The notes beneath the pieces were generated by a model, which saw only the letters and a list, made by a program, of their open reading frames with translations, was not told the origin of the DNA and ran no database searches. A program made the position numbers and the translations under genes. Positions 63,926 to 64,000 of a DNA stretch of 64,000 nt are shown in pieces; within the stretch, counting starts at the first letter, position 1; each line of letters opens with the position of its first letter. The stretch covers positions 20,026,001 to 20,090,000 of the forward strand of contig OZ024744.1 in assembly GCA_964016885.1 (NCBI GenBank). The letters run 5' to 3'. The DNA is from Eledone cirrhosa (taxonomy: Eukaryota).

Positions 63926-64000
63926 GATTATCATTAGTCTTGCTTATTATTAGTCTTGCTTAATATTAGTCTTGCTATTGTGCACTTCTACGCGACCTTA

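Overview
Eukaryotic animal DNA that is almost entirely microsatellites plus retroelements. The SINE families and microsatellite load suggest a cephalopod such as Octopus (inference). No intact host gene is recognisable, and nearly all short ORFs in the track are microsatellite artefacts or antisense shadows. The window holds two head-to-tail arrays of Tx1/L1-clade non-LTR retrotransposons. Five copies lie on the minus strand inside a (GATA)n tract (4.4-17.4 kb). Three copies plus an R4/Dong-clade element lie on the plus strand inside an (ATT)n tract (37.5-52.8 kb). There are also two RTE copies with a triple C2H2 tail, one long Penelope-like element (PLE), several PLE termini with hammerhead-ribozyme-like motifs, about 15 tRNA-derived SINEs and a hAT-type MITE. 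Four observations stand out. (1) All four long, divergent Tx1 copies carry a consensus 5' splice site exactly over the ORF1 stop codon, followed by a pyrimidine-rich AG-free spacer, and several have an acceptor-like motif at the ORF2 stop. (2) Related Tx1 subfamilies partition between two microsatellite targets and stack in tandem. (3) The main SINE's 3' tail resembles the Tx1 3' end. (4) Several hammerhead-like motifs have unusually long stem II insertions. All long element ORFs are disrupted. Coordinates were read by eye and may be off by a few bases.
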